A DNA stretch of 64,000 nt from Squalus acanthias (Eukaryota): the NCBI GenBank assembly GCA_030390025.1, contig CM059432.1:78742001-78806000 (forward strand), in the 5' to 3' direction. The notes beneath the pieces are model-generated. The model saw only the letters and a list, made by a program, of their open reading frames with translations. It made no database searches and was not told where the DNA came from. Positions 11,267-23,192 of the stretch are shown here, one piece after another. Numbering within the stretch: position 1 is the stretch's first letter; every line of letters begins with the position of its first letter. The position numbers and the translations under genes were made by a program.

Positions 11267-14200
11267 TTAACGGACTAGGCGGACCAGAAATAGCCGCAGA
11301 CGTTTAGCTCTCTGCTTGTGACTGGAAGGCACGTCTCCCCGGACCGTGTCCTGGTCCCTGGGTCGCTTGGCCCGTACCGGTAAGTCAGTAGAGTCCGCGT
11401 CATCTTGATCATCCTGTGGAGGACTGGGAATATCATGATTCCGGGTGCGGGTCCCCACAGGTGCTGAGCTGGCTTCATCCCGGGTCGTGGCTGGAGATTG
11501 TCCGGCGTCCTGGTTTCGGGTGGCCATCCTACGGGGAGCGTCCAGCTCCCTGAGTTGATCCAGTAGCGTTGCCGGCAGATCCCCCGATGTCCCAGGCGGG
11601 GCGTCATTTTCATAGGGGTGCGGAGTGTTGATATCATTGTCGGGGGATCCTTCATCATTCGGGCCCGTGTGACCGGTTGGGCAGGGAGCCAGATCTCGGA
11701 GCGAGACGGTGGTCTCCCGGCCATCAGGGTACCGTACGTGCGCATACGTGGGGTTTACCTCCGTTAACTCCACCTCGTCAACGAGAGGGTCGTTTTTGGC
11801 AGACCGGACAAACCTCCGGAGTAGCACCGGGCCTGGAGCCACCAACCATGACGGTAGAGACGTCCCATGTGTAGAGCGACGCCGGAATTTGAAGAATCGC
11901 TCATGAGGCGTGACATTAGTAGATGTGGAGAGAAGAGACCTGATAGAGTGTAACACGTCGGGGAGCACCGTTTCCCACTGCTGGTCCGGCAGGTTGCGTG
12001 ACCTTAGTGCCAGACGGACAGCGTTCCAGATGATGGCATTGTATCGTTCAACCTGTCCGTTACCGATTGGGTGATATGGTGTCGTCTTACTTGAGGCGAT
12101 TCCCCGTTGGGAGAGATAACTTTTAAGTTCACTCGACATAAAGGAGGGACCCCGATCAGTGTGGATAAAATTGGCCGTCCCGCAAAGGGAAAAGACCTGA
12201 TCGAGGCATTTAATTACCGTAGAGGTAAGCATATTAGGGCAGGGGAAGGCGAAGGGAAAGCGTGAATACTCGTCCACCATCGTAAGTAGGTAGGTGTTCC
12301 TTGTCGACGAAGGCAATGGCCCTTTAAAGTCTATGCTGAGCCTCTGCATAGGCTGCATTGCATGTATGAGTAAGCCATCTGATGGGCGAAAGAATTGTGG
12401 TTTCAATTCTGCACAAATCCTACAGGAGGAGCATGTTTTCTTTACGTCCTCGGTTGAAAATGGTAGATTTTTGGAGCGCACAAAGTGCAACATGCGGGTC
12501 ACACCAGGATGGCATAAGTCCATATGCAAATCCGCCAGAGTCGACGTTGACATTGAGGAGCAAAATGCCCGTGTGAAGGTATCTGGGGCCACGTTCTGTT
12601 TGCCGGGTCGGTAACAGATAGTATATCCAAAGGCAGCCAGCTCCATCCTCCAGAGTTGAATTTTATTATTTTTGATTTTCGTGCGCCTCCGGTTATCCAA
12701 CATGAAGGCCACAGAGCGCTGGTCAGTTATAAGCGTAAAATGACGCCGAGCAAGAAAATGACCCCATTGGCGTACAGCCTCGATGATGGCCGTAGCCTCC
12801 TTCTCGACGGGGGGGTAATGGAGCTCGCTACCCTGCAAGGTTCTGGATAGGAATGCCACGGGTCGGCCACCTTGATTCAAGGTAGCGGAGATCGCCACCT
12901 CCGATGCATCGCATTCGACCACAAAAGGAAGATTTTCGTCAATGGAGCGAAGCGTGGCTTTCTCCAGCTGTCGTTTGAGGAGGTTGAAGGCAGAAATAGC
13001 CGCAGCTTCCAATGGAAAAGACTTCGCATGGAGCAGGGGCTGTATTTTATCGGAGAAGTGTGGTATCCATTTTGCGTAATAAGCAAACATGCCAAGTGCC
13101 CGACGAAGAGAGCCGAGGTTCGTCGGGGGAGGGAGCTCCTGAAGTGGACGAAGTCGCTCTGGGTCCGGTTTAATAACACCGTTGCCCACCCAGTAGCCAA
13201 GAATGTTCACCGATGGCACCGACTTCACCGATTTGGATTCGTTTAACGTTAAGTGGCGACGGCGGAGTACGTCAAAAAATCTCTGAAGATTGGCGTCATG
13301 CTCCTTTTGATCATGGCCGGCAATAGTGATATTGTCTAAATACGGAAAGGTATCCGTCAAGTTCTCTTGCCGGACTAGGCCATCCATGGCCCGTTGGAAG
13401 ACGGCCACCCCATTGGTGACCCCGAATGGAAGGCGGCGAAACTGGAAAAGCTGACCATTGGCCTCAAAGGCCGTATACTTCTTGTCGGAGTCTTGCAGTG
13501 GCACCAGATGGTACGCGCTTTTTAAATCGAAGGTCGAGAATACCTTGTATTTGGCAAGGTTGTTGACCATGTCATCTATGCGTGGCAGCGGGTAGGCATC
13601 CAGATCGGTATATAGATTAATAGTCTGCGAATAATCGATACACAGACGTTTTTTATGTTGTTTTAAGGGATTCCTCACGATGACGACCTGAGCCCGCCAG
13701 GGAGATGAACATGGCTCGATAATACCGTCAACTAAAAGGCGAGAGATTTCCGCCTCAATAAACGCTCGATCATCTTGGCTAAAGCGCCGCGATTTGGTGG
13801 CTATGGGTTTACAGCGGGGGGGAAGATTGGCAAACAGGGAGGGTTCACCGAGTAAGGCCGCCGAGAGTGCACAAAACGGCACCTTAGAAATGGTAAGCTC
13901 CGGCCTTGACCCTCCAAACTCAAAAGTGATCTTCTTGTGCTGCTTCTGGAAGTCCTGTCCCAGAAGCACATCGCTGCATAAGTTTGCGAGTACTCCGAGC
14001 CGGGTGGAGAGATACGTGCGGCCGTTGAGGATGAGGTTGACCAGACAGAAGCCAGAAGAATTGGTGGTCAGAGTCGTCAGAGCCATTGCAATCTCCCTGT
14101 CCGAGGGATAAATGTGCAGTTTTAACCTGTTGACAGCCTGCTTACTAATGAAGCTGTCAGAGCTGCAGGAGTCGATTAGCGCGCTTAGAGTGTGCCCATT

Positions 14201-15208
14201 TACTGAAACCTTCGTGGCTGCATGGGACAAACTTTGGGGAAAAACAGCCGTGATGGGAGGAGGGGCAATTTTCCCTTCGGCAACTGTAGCCTTAACAGTG
14301 GTTCCTGGGGGAGGAGCAGCTCCATAGATAGCAGCTGTGAAGCTAACAGGAGCTCTCGACCGGTATACTTTAGAGGAGCGGCCTTTCTTGTTAGCAAAGG
14401 CCCGTGACTGGCATACCTTGGAAAAGTGTCCTTTCTTGCTGCAATGATTGCAGGTCACATTACGAGCCGGGCAAAATTTTGTGTGATGGCACGCCCCTCC
14501 ACAAAAGAAACACTTTCTTCCTGATTGCCAGGATGCTGCTAGGGCGGGGTCGTCATCAGCGAAGGCCTCTAGGGTAGGGTCGTCGTCTGTTAGAGTAGAG
14601 TCAACATCAGTGGGGGCATCCGCCCGAGACCTACCGAAAGACTCATTAAAGGAGATAGCCGCCGCCCGTGCACGTGGTGGGAGATAAGTGTCTGCATTTT
14701 TCTTGGCCAAGTCCAAGGAACACGCCTGGTCATAAGCAGCCCGTAAATTGAGGGTTTTATTTTCCAGCAGGCGCTGACGTATAAAAGGGGACGCGATTCC
14801 ATTGATAAAGGAATCGCGGATTAGTTCCTCTTGATACTGTTCAGCTGAAACTGCTTTAAGGTTACAATCCTTGCTGAGCCTGCGAAGTTTCTGGAGAAAT
14901 TCATCGAGTGATTCCCCAGGCTGCTGCCGAGTTGTGGCCAGTAGGTGTCGAGCAAAGATTTCATTTGGGGACTTGACATATAGCTGCTGTAAGATTTCGA
15001 TAGCAGTGTCATAGTCTATACAGTCCTCAATATAATCATACACATGAGGAGACACGTAGTTGATAAGCATTCGTAACTTATTAGGGACATCCGCCCCACA
15101 TTCTTCAAGAAAGTTGCTAAAGGTACGAAACCAATGCTTCCATACCTTTGCTGCCGCAGGTGCATTCGGGTCCAGGTCGAGACGAGCGGGTCTAAGGAGT
15201 TTTTCCAT
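11267..15208 (-). CDS. Gag-Pol polyprotein, 1313 aa (Gag with two Zn knuckles, PR, RT, RNase H, IN)
   Basis: CFFCGGACHHTKFC and CNHCSKKGHFSKVC knuckles; PR ALIDSCS; RT RLCIDY, FDLKSAYH, RLPFG, YLDN; RNase H ECDAS; IN HHCC plus IDFKG / HTDRG / QVERYN (DD35E). PR-RT-RH-IN order. No stops. Confidence 0.97.
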   Translation of the reverse strand: MEKLLRPARLDLDPNAPAAAKVWKHWFRTFSNFLEECGADVPNKLRMLINYVSPHVYDYIEDCIDYDTAIEILQQLYVKSPNEIFARHLLATTRQQPGESLDEFLQKLRRLSKDCNLKAVSAEQYQEELIRDSFINGIASPFIRQRLLENKTLNLRAAYDQACSLDLAKKNADTYLPPRARAAAISFNESFGRSRADAPTDVDSTLTDDDPTLEAFADDDPALAASWQSGRKCFFCGGACHHTKFCPARNVTCNHCSKKGHFSKVCQSRAFANKKGRSSKVYRSRAPVSFTAAIYGAAPPPGTTVKATVAEGKIAPPPITAVFPQSLSHAATKVSVNGHTLSALIDSCSSDSFISKQAVNRLKLHIYPSDREIAMALTTLTTNSSGFCLVNLILNGRTYLSTRLGVLANLCSDVLLGQDFQKQHKKITFEFGGSRPELTISKVPFCALSAALLGEPSLFANLPPRCKPIATKSRRFSQDDRAFIEAEISRLLVDGIIEPCSSPWRAQVVIVRNPLKQHKKRLCIDYSQTINLYTDLDAYPLPRIDDMVNNLAKYKVFSTFDLKSAYHLVPLQDSDKKYTAFEANGQLFQFRRLPFGVTNGVAVFQRAMDGLVRQENLTDTFPYLDNITIAGHDQKEHDANLQRFFDVLRRRHLTLNESKSVKSVPSVNILGYWVGNGVIKPDPERLRPLQELPPPTNLGSLRRALGMFAYYAKWIPHFSDKIQPLLHAKSFPLEAAAISAFNLLKRQLEKATLRSIDENLPFVVECDASEVAISATLNQGGRPVAFLSRTLQGSELHYPPVEKEATAIIEAVRQWGHFLARRHFTLITDQRSVAFMLDNRRRTKIKNNKIQLWRMELAAFGYTICYRPGKQNVAPDTFTRAFCSSMSTSTLADLHMDLCHPGVTRMLHFVRSKNLPFSTEDVKKTCSSCRICAELKPQFFRPSDGLLIHAMQPMQRLSIDFKGPLPSSTRNTYLLTMVDEYSRFPFAFPCPNMLTSTVIKCLDQVFSLCGTANFIHTDRGPSFMSSELKSYLSQRGIASSKTTPYHPIGNGQVERYNAIIWNAVRLALRSRNLPDQQWETVLPDVLHSIRSLLSTSTNVTPHERFFKFRRRSTHGTSLPSWLVAPGPVLLRRFVRSAKNDPLVDEVELTEVNPTYAHVRYPDGRETTVSLRDLAPCPTGHTGPNDEGSPDNDINTPHPYENDAPPGTSGDLPATLLDQLRELDAPRRMATRNQDAGQSPATTRDEASSAPVGTRTRNHDIPSPPQDDQDDADSTDLPVRAKRPRDQDTVRGDVPSSHKQRAKRLRLFLVRLVR

Positions 15209-15308
15209 GATGGATCAGTTTCTTGCCCAAGTTCCCTTCTGTGGTTTGAGTTGCAGCTGGTTGTTCCGAATCACCCAAAGCGTGGAGACGATACCAAGTT
15301 GATTAAAT

Positions 15309-15523
15309 TGACGTAATAAAGACTCACTACGCACTTGAACATAAAGCAAGGCTTTAATCAACTTGTAACAAAACATGGCGGTCTAGTTAGCAGTCACTAG
15401 CTTCCTGTTTCCAGATTGTCTCTGCCCAAGGTGGGCCCATGCCTGAGTATTTATACTCCCTGGACGGCGCCCCAGCTGGCCACCCAGTAGTACTTCCTGA
15501 GTTGTTACTTGCGATTTATGACA
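15309..15523 (-). repeat. 5' LTR of the Gypsy element (TATAAA on minus strand near 15450)
   Basis: Direct repeat of 11014-11228; lies upstream of the ORF start. Confidence 0.97.
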
Positions 15524-17081
15524 GGCCATATCCAATTTCTAGGCCAAAATGTATTAATTCCAAGCTTTTCTAAAACAGAATACATTTGCTTTCAATAGAG
15601 CTTCCTGACTGTTCTCTCTATAGAGAAGAAACGTTTATGAAAGTACTAATGCGATACAGGAAAAAAAAGCAAAAGATATCAACGGTAAAGCTTCCAAGCC
15701 TGATGGGAATTCCAGTAGAATTTTCTTTTTTTTCTTTTAATATGCATCACCAAATATTGTCAATGATATGTTTCAGGAAGTACATTTAACAGCAGGCCCA
15801 TCCAGAGTAATTTCATCTGAACTATAATTCATCCTTATTTATCAGTATTGGAATCCAATAAGAAACAGTAGGAAGTGTCAAATATTACTTGCCTCAAAGG
15901 AGAACTTTGAATTGCCACAAAACTCTAAAAGCAGGTACTTGTCCCTCTATCTCATGCTTTGAAACTATGGGTTTGAAGCTGCCTGGCAAAAAGCCTCATG
16001 ATGTCACTGAAATGGAGCTTTAGTGTCACTGCATAACGAGATGAATTCCATTATTGCGACCTACACCAGTACATCTGCGTCATATAGCGTAGATCAAAGT
16101 GTCAACACAATTTCAATGTACAGTTTATGGCTCAGGTTGCAACACATGCTGTGCGCCCACTAAAATCATCATTATCCCCGTCATCGTGTTCATCAAGGAC
16201 AATAACAACAAGAATTTACATAATGCTTTTAATGTAAAATCAGCCCTAATATGTTTAAGGTGTTGAAGTCCCAACTGGATAATAAAATTATACCACACAA
16301 GGTGCCAAGCCCAAATGGTGTGGAATGGCCTGTAGGAGGGGTCTCACATGGTTTGGCTTTGGTGCATTCCAGAGTCAGATCAGACCTGATTCTATAATTA
16401 TGTTGCAACTTTCACATTAGGACACACCCCAAGCCACTTTGCATTGACATGAAAGTGACATTATACTGACAATTTTCTGAATCGGCTCCTGGTGCAAAGC
16501 CTTGTCTATCTGCAATGCATCTCATGAAATTGTGGCTGTGTTCCTCACAATTTTCCATTCATTAATAGAAGGAAAAGTGTGGGGATAACATCACCAATTT
16601 CCCAATTTGCACTGCCATTGGGCAAAGCGCTGTCCCGGGAGTATTCATTCTGAAAATTGGCTCTATTATCGCAATTTAAGGAGCTCCTTATTGTTCACTT
16701 ATTTGTGTTGAATTTGCACTTGGAAGTAAACCAGTTTAAGTGACTCAAAGCCTGATACAATAAAACATGAACAGGCCACTTGAAGGTGATGGAAGTCTAT
16801 TTGTCAGAACCATATGCTGAAGCTGCTGCACTTGTTTTCCATTTGTAATCTCTAAAATACATTTCAACAAAGAATTCTTTACACTAAAAAAACATTATTA
16901 CTAAAATAAAACGGACGAGAAATGCAACACTTTCAAATAGAAAGTGTTTCTGAGGTCAATAAAAATGTTCCAGTATTCCCTGAGAGTTTTAATAGATACT
17001 GTGCTGTAATTGGTCAAATAATCTGGTTGCACTGCAAGGCAATTCTCAGTATTTACACCATTTATTTCTGACTGTTTATAT

Positions 17082-17172
17082 CCACCACAGATGCTGCCTG
17101 ACCTGCTGAGTATTTCCAGCATTTTCTGTTTTTATTTCAGATTTCCAGCATCTGCAGTATTTTGCTTTTGTA
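17082..17172 (+). mobile_element. Penelope-like 3' tail fragment
   Basis: GATGCTGCCTGACCTGCTGAGTATTTCCAGCATTTTCTG...CAGATTTCCAGCATCTGCAGT matches 41295-41375. Confidence 0.75.
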
Positions 17173-18261
17173 CTGAATCAATCAGCCTCTTTAGTTTCTT
17201 TTGACAGGAACTGTTTGAAGTTGACTTGTCCTAAACCTGTGTTGCACAAAAGTTATCAATATTTATCTGTCACTGAGTATCTGAATTTAAAGTCTCTGTG
17301 AGATGGGTGATTGTGGCCTCAAATTAATTGATATGAAATTGATGTTTCAGTTTTTGTGCATTTTTGAAAGTTAAGGAAGAATGAACAGCAGCCCACTGAG
17401 ACCTCTGCACCTTTCAAATTATACACATCTCTTCTCATTATACAACATCTGCAGCAATGATATCTATGCATATCTAATGGAGAATTAAAGCAGAATTTGA
17501 GAATTATATAGAAGCATGGAGCATTTCTTAGTTCTTGGAACAAATAAAAAGACTTCAACCGTATTAAGCTTTTAATTTTACTGTTGAAATACTTCTGCAG
17601 TCCTCAAAGAACTGACCTTAAGCCGTTCTGCACCCTATTGTGTTTAAGAGTACTCGGTACACACTTGCTGCAGTGATGTTTTGTTTCAGATTTTTTTCAG
17701 ATCAGGATGTTAATTGTTCACAGAATGGGCTTCTTGATAGAAATGTTATTAATTGGACAGAAAGGTAATGGCTTGGGGGTCTGCTAACATGCTGCACGCC
17801 AGAGGGACCCACATAATGAGCTTCCCCTCTTGGTTAAGCCTTCTGCAGGAGATGTGGAGATGAAGCCAGTCACTTCCCCACTGGAAGAGAGAAGAAAAAA
17901 AAGGTATATCAGGTACCTGCTGTACCCCCTAATGACTGAATCAAGAATAGCACTGGAATTAGGACTACTGCTTGTATGGAGGATAAACACCAACACAGAC
18001 TGATTGTGCCAAATGGGATGTTTCCATGTTGTAATTGCTATGTAATTCTATGTACTTTTGTGAATTATGGGTAATGGTAGAACAGTGCCCGTGTGAATTG
18101 TTTTTGGTTCATTTTCAGTATCATTATTATTAATAATAATAATAAGCATTTTGTTCCTGCATTTCACCCTTTTAGTTCTGGTTGGATTGTGTTGTTAAGG
18201 TTTTTTTTGTGAAATTTGATTTAAGTGTCCCAATGACTCAGTTGTCTAATCTGCTATTCCA

Positions 18262-18575
18262 CCGCAGCACTGAGGGAGTGCTGAATTTTCAGAGGTGTCA
18301 TTTTTCAGATAGGACGTAAAACCGACGCTCTACCTGCTGATTCAGGTGGGTGTTAAAGATTCCATTTAAAGAACTGTATGAAGCTTTCCTGATGCCCTAG
18401 CCCACATTCCCCCCTCAGTTAATGCTACTAAAATCAAAACCGATTAACTGCTGTTTGCAGGATTTGCCTACTCAACATCAGTCACTTTAATTGAATTGTA
18501 CGTGAAGCACTTTGAGATGTTTTTGAGAGACTTGATAAATGCAATCTATATAAATGCAAGCCTGTCTTTCTTTCT
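18262..18575 (+). mobile_element. Deu-domain SINE (SacSINE1/AmnSINE1-like), degraded
   Basis: Similar to 54130-54452 (AAACCGA...CAGGTGG.TGTTAAAGAT.CCAT; tail CTATATAAATGCAAG). Confidence 0.6.
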
Positions 18576-19112
18576 TGAAGAATGACAGCATCAGTCTGAT
18601 ACCTGGCCATATGATTCATTTGGGGTTTTCAATGTTAAGCCAGCAAGTACTTCATTCAAAAGGTGCTTTCACACTGCTCTAGAAAGCACATCCATCGAAA
18701 AATGAGAATCTGCTTATATTATGTTACTGTTTTTTCTAAATTCTCTCAAAAGCTATGTAAGTAAATAAATTGTATGGTGTACCACTGCCCTACACAGACC
18801 AGGAATTTTCTACATTTAATCACTGTTCTGTGCTGAGTTATCAAGTGTCAGCTCAGGCAACAGTACAGATAATATATATTAGATTTTAGTTCTAATAATC
18901 AATTCATTTCATCATTATAACCGACTACGGCTGTAATTTGCACTTCCAGTTAAATATCTCAATAGTAACAGCATATAACTGCCATTCAACACACTCCTCT
19001 TAAAATTAGTTCTAAATATTTAAAGTGTAAGTGAGCAGAGTACAAGCTGCAGAATGTACAGTTAGTGTTACTTTCAATAACGTGCTCCATTCACTAGCAT
19101 ATTAAACATTTA

Positions 19113-19846
19113 GGACTGGACTTTAGGCTAAGTTGCGCTGGTTCTTTTCAGCGCAATTCTCCTAAAATCGACCAAACCACAACAAAACATCGAGGAATTT
19201 CAAGCGCAAATTACGTCCAGCGCAAATCAAATTTCTGCCATCTTTTGCGCTAGTTTTTTAAAAATCACGCTGGAAGCTGGCCACGCCCACAAAACTGGCC
19301 ATGCCCCCAGATCGAATTAATCACTATTGCGAGTTTCCTCTAATTGCGTCCGTATGCGGGCCTTCGAGGACGCTCTTAAAATTAAGCTTGTTTCTTTTAA
19401 GTGCAAGGGTACTAATAGGCACCTTTTAAAAGCTTTTAAATTTGTTTTTAATTTACTAAGAAACTTACTGCTGTACACCAATGTAACTAGCAAATGGTTC
19501 TGCATAGTTTTATTAAAGTCATTTTCAGTTATTTAAAATCGGGCTACTCACAGATGGTGGACTAGACACTCTGATTAAAAATGTTTATTTTTTTGGATAA
19601 ACCCATTTTCAGCTGTATTAACAAAACTGCACCAGGTTACCAGTGTTAGATATATCAAGGAATTTTTTAAATTTTAAATTATGTTCTAAAATGCTGCCCG
19701 ATTGTGCTGGTTCATGTAAGAACCAGCTCGATGTATAAATGAGTTTGAGCGGCAACTTGAGCAAAAAAACTTCTTAAAACTAGCGCAACTTTGAGCGCAA
19801 TTGACGCCTGGATCGCCAATTGCATCCAAAGCAGAAACTCTTGGCC
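19113..19846. mobile_element. Harbinger-type MITE
   Basis: Ends GGACTGGACTTT / AAACTCTTGGCC, flanks TTA / TTG, subterminal inverted AGTTGCGCT / AGCGCAACT motifs. Confidence 0.55.
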
Positions 19847-19868
19847 TTGATCTGGATTTAAAGTCCAT

Positions 19869-20334
19869 GGAGTGAATTTTAACTATTGGGCGGCTGACCC
19901 GAGGAGCCCGGTCCGGGGCTGAAGTGGCTGGAGCTATTTTGAGGCCATTTTCGGGAGTCTGGGACAGGAACAGCCTATGTTATTTTTGTGGGGCCTGTAG
20001 GAACTGCAGTGCTCCCTCAGGCCCCACTAAAATAATTTAAATCTTACCTCTTTGGCTCTATTGCCAGTGAAACTGGTTGGAGCGTGCAAAGCGCATGCTC
20101 CAACCAGTTCTACCCTGCAGTGGCAATCCGAATCCTATGCCATAGGACCCCAATTTGCATATTAAAAAGCACTTACCTCCTGAAACAGGCAAGTGCTTTG
20201 GCTGTCCAGCGGTAGGTCCCTATGAAAGTAGTAGCAAGCCGATCGTTGGGGTTATTAGGGCAGTAAAGCTATTGACTCCATTTTGAGGTTGGTACCGCCT
20301 CATTAACGCCAATTTCAGCAAGATAAAATCGACC
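19869..20334. mobile_element. Probable Harbinger-type MITE
   Basis: Starts GGAGTGAATTTT and ends AAAATCGACC followed by TTA; interior resembles the MITEs at 3368 and 53331. Confidence 0.45.
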
Positions 20335-21559
20335 TTACCACCCCCGTCCCCGAGTAGAGCATGTTGTTGAATGTAACACTAGCTATTTACTGTACATTCA
20401 ACAACATGTGCGCCACAAAGCACATTTATCTGAACGTCCTCCATAGTCAGGTGGGTGGGCATTGAGTGGGGAAAGGCAGGGCATCAAGAATCAGGTAGGC
20501 AGGTGGGGAAAGGCTGAGCATCAAGATTCGAGCTGGAAGAAACTCCAAGCTTTGGTTAGAAGATGCCAGTTTTTTGGTTTGTCCTGTACTACTAAACATA
20601 TTCTATTATTTCAGTACAGGAAGAATTTCTGTAAATCAACTATGAAATTCTTTTCATTTTTCTATCAGATAACCAGCATCTGCAGTATTTTGCTTATGAA
20701 TATTTTTTATGTGCAGGAAAAACAGACTAGGGTTAGAGGTACAATACTACTAATCTGTTCAGTACAACAGGCTGTCACGTTTAACTGTTCCCCACACACA
20801 GGAAATAGGTGGCAGTGGGTCGACCACCTGTTTTAAACCCTGTCCAAATTTACTTTCCATTGAAGCCCAGTGAGAACAGTTGAAATTGAGCCCCAGAACA
20901 CCATTGATTATTATAAACAAATGAAATTGCACAGTGTGAGAAAGGAATCCAATACCTTTATCTAACATGCTTTGGGAAAATAGACCAATTTGGACAGCAA
21001 AGGCTGCTGGGTTTGTTTATGACTAAAAAGTACAGTAGTTTGAAACAGCCAACCTAGCAGGTTACACAAGAAGATTGGGATGTCTGGTGTGTAATCAGCT
21101 CAAAGTCTATGCTCTGTAACTTAACTCAATTAATACATTTTGTAGCAAGCAGGCTTTGTGGTTATAAGGATCCATTGTCCTAGTGGGTGAGATCTTCATA
21201 CCTCCAGACCCAGTACACAAAATTCCAGATAAGATAAGAATTAGAGCGAACATCTCCATACTAAAGAATAATAATGCATAGGGCTGAAAGAGGGGTGTGA
21301 AATTGTGTTAATCATACATTCAAACCTAATATAAGAAAAACCAAGCATCCCAGTGAGTCAGAGCTCTCGGGGCGATTTATGACGCCGGTGCCATTGATAG
21401 GAGGAAGACTGATCACCTTTGTGTCCTAGGCACAAATGTTGAGGTTTTAGTAACATATATGTTTTCATGTATTGCTTGTAAGTTGTAGTAACATTTATGT
21501 TTAAGTAAGTCAATAAAACTATCTCTATCGAGTCCAGCGGCAAAAAATTTTATTTAAAT

Positions 21560-22010
21560 GATACTGAGTGGGCAAGTAAGATTAAACTACCCCACACACA
21601 CATACAAATGGGTTGTGGTCAACATCTAACTGCCTCTTGAATTACTCCAAAATTTTTGCCTAAACTACTTCTCCTGAGAGCTATTCCAAATATTAATCAC
21701 TCTTTGTGTAAAGAATTCCTGAACTTGCCTTTACCAATTTGTACATACATCCCTTATCCTACAGTCATGGTTTAACTTGAAATAATGCTCAGTACTATCT
21801 ATTTCCACTGCCCTTAGTATCTTGCATAGTTCTATAAGGTCCCCTCTCCTATACCCACTTTCAAGACTGAAGAATCCAAGTTTTCTGACTTCTCTTCATA
21901 GCTCAGTCCTCTGACACTAGGGTCCTTTTTTGCACAACTCCAGGCTTTGGATGTTTCCCCCGTGTCTTGGTCACCAGAATTATATGTGGTATTCAAGGTA
22001 CAGCCTAGTG
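21560..22010 (-). mobile_element. Old CR1 3' fragment
   Basis: Decayed ORF2 C-terminal sequence on the minus strand (YHI.FW.P, LGFFSLE). Confidence 0.55.
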
Positions 22011-22114
22011 GCCAATAGTTTCAGTAAAGATAGATCAATCATTACAACTGAATGATCACAACAAGTGGTATCACTAAAACTGAGTTCACTGTCACTGACC
22101 TTGATGCACTTAGA

Positions 22115-23192
22115 TTTTTTTTTATTCGTTTATGGGATGTGGGCGTCACTGGCAAGGCCAGCATTTATTGCCCATCCCTAATTGCCCTTGAGAAGGTGGT
22201 GGTAAGCCACCTTCTTGAACCACTGCAGTCCGTGTGGTGAAGGTACTCCCACAGTGCTGTTAGGTAGGAAGTTCCAGGATTTTGACCCAGCGACGATGAA
22301 GAATCGACGATATACTTCTAAGTCAGGATGGTGTGTGACTTGGTGAGGAACTTGGAGGTGGTGGTGTTTCCATGCGCCTGCTGCCCTTGTCCTTCTAGGT
22401 GGAAGAGGTTGTGGGTTTGGGAGGTGCTGCTGAAGAAGCCTTGGCGAGTTGCTACAGTGCATCTTGTAGATGGTACACACTGCAGCCACGGTACACCGGT
22501 GGTGGAGGGAGTGAATGTTTAAGGTGGTGGATGGGGTGCCAATCAAGCGGGCTGCTTTGTCCTGGATGGTGTCGAGCTTCTCGAGTCTTGTTGGAGCTGC
22601 ACTCATCCAGGCAAGTGGAGAGTATTCCATCACACTCCTTACTTGTGCCTTGTAGATGGTGAAAAGGCTTTGGGGAGTCAGGAGGTAAGACACTCGCCAC
22701 AGAATACCAGCCTCTTACCTGCTCTTGTTGCCACAGTATTTATGTGGCTGGTCCAGTTAAGTTTTTTGTCAATGGTGACACCCAGGATGTTGATGGTGGG
22801 GGATTCAGCGATGGTAATACTGTTGAATGTCAAGGGAAGGTGGTTAGACTCGCGCTTGTTGGAGATAGTCATTGCCTGGCACTTCTGTGGCACGAATGTT
22901 ACCTACCACTTATCAGCCCAAGCCTGAACGTCATCCAGATCTTTTGCATGCGGCATGGACAGCTTCATTATCTGAGGAGTTGTGAATGTGCCTGAACACT
23001 GTGCAGTCATCAGCGAACATCCCCATTTCTGACCTTATGTTGGAGGGAAGGTCATTGATGAAGCAGCTGAAGATGGTTGGGCCTCGGACACTTCCCTGAG
23101 GAATTCCTGCAGCGATGTCCTGGGGCTGGGATGATTGACCTTCAACCACCACAACCATCTTCCTTTGTGCTAGGTATGACTCCAGCCAGTGG
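22115..23192 (-). mobile_element. Non-LTR retrotransposon 3' part (CR1 group, distinct from the dominant CR1 family)
   Basis: GIPQGSVRGP, MFADD, ILGVTIDKKLNW, IYKAQVRSVMEYSPLAW; A-rich tail at 22115-22123. A second short 3' copy lies at ~51848-52168. Confidence 0.85.

Larger units (their letters stand above)
11014..15523 (-). mobile_element. Full-length Ty3/Gypsy LTR retrotransposon (Mag-like; subclade assignment tentative)
   Basis: 215-bp TG...CA LTRs at 11014-11228 and 15309-15523 with 2 mismatches. 5-bp TSD GGCCA (11009-11013 / 15524-15528). PPT AGGGAGGAAGAA next to the 3' LTR. One long ORF. Confidence 0.97.
4560..15545. mobile_element. PIF/Harbinger transposon family B, degenerate, interrupted by two CR1s and a Gypsy element
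   Basis: Convergent transposase (+) and Myb-like (-) remnants. Right TIR AATTTCTAGGCC (15534-15545) is identical to the 37523 terminus. Left end not resolved, so the start coordinate is approximate. Confidence 0.75.

Noticed and set aside
11275..11745. Possible env-like or extra ORF at the 3' end of the Gypsy element
   Set aside because: Overlaps the pol C-terminus in another frame, has no signal peptide or transmembrane segment, and there is no room between pol and the PPT.
15550..19100. Possible host exons (for example CRH) in the AT-rich unique stretches, also 34750-37500
   Set aside because: No ORF with recognisable protein similarity or convincing exon chain. Isolated motif matches (TCF-like near 16091, CTCF-like near 36400) are too short to support without conservation data.
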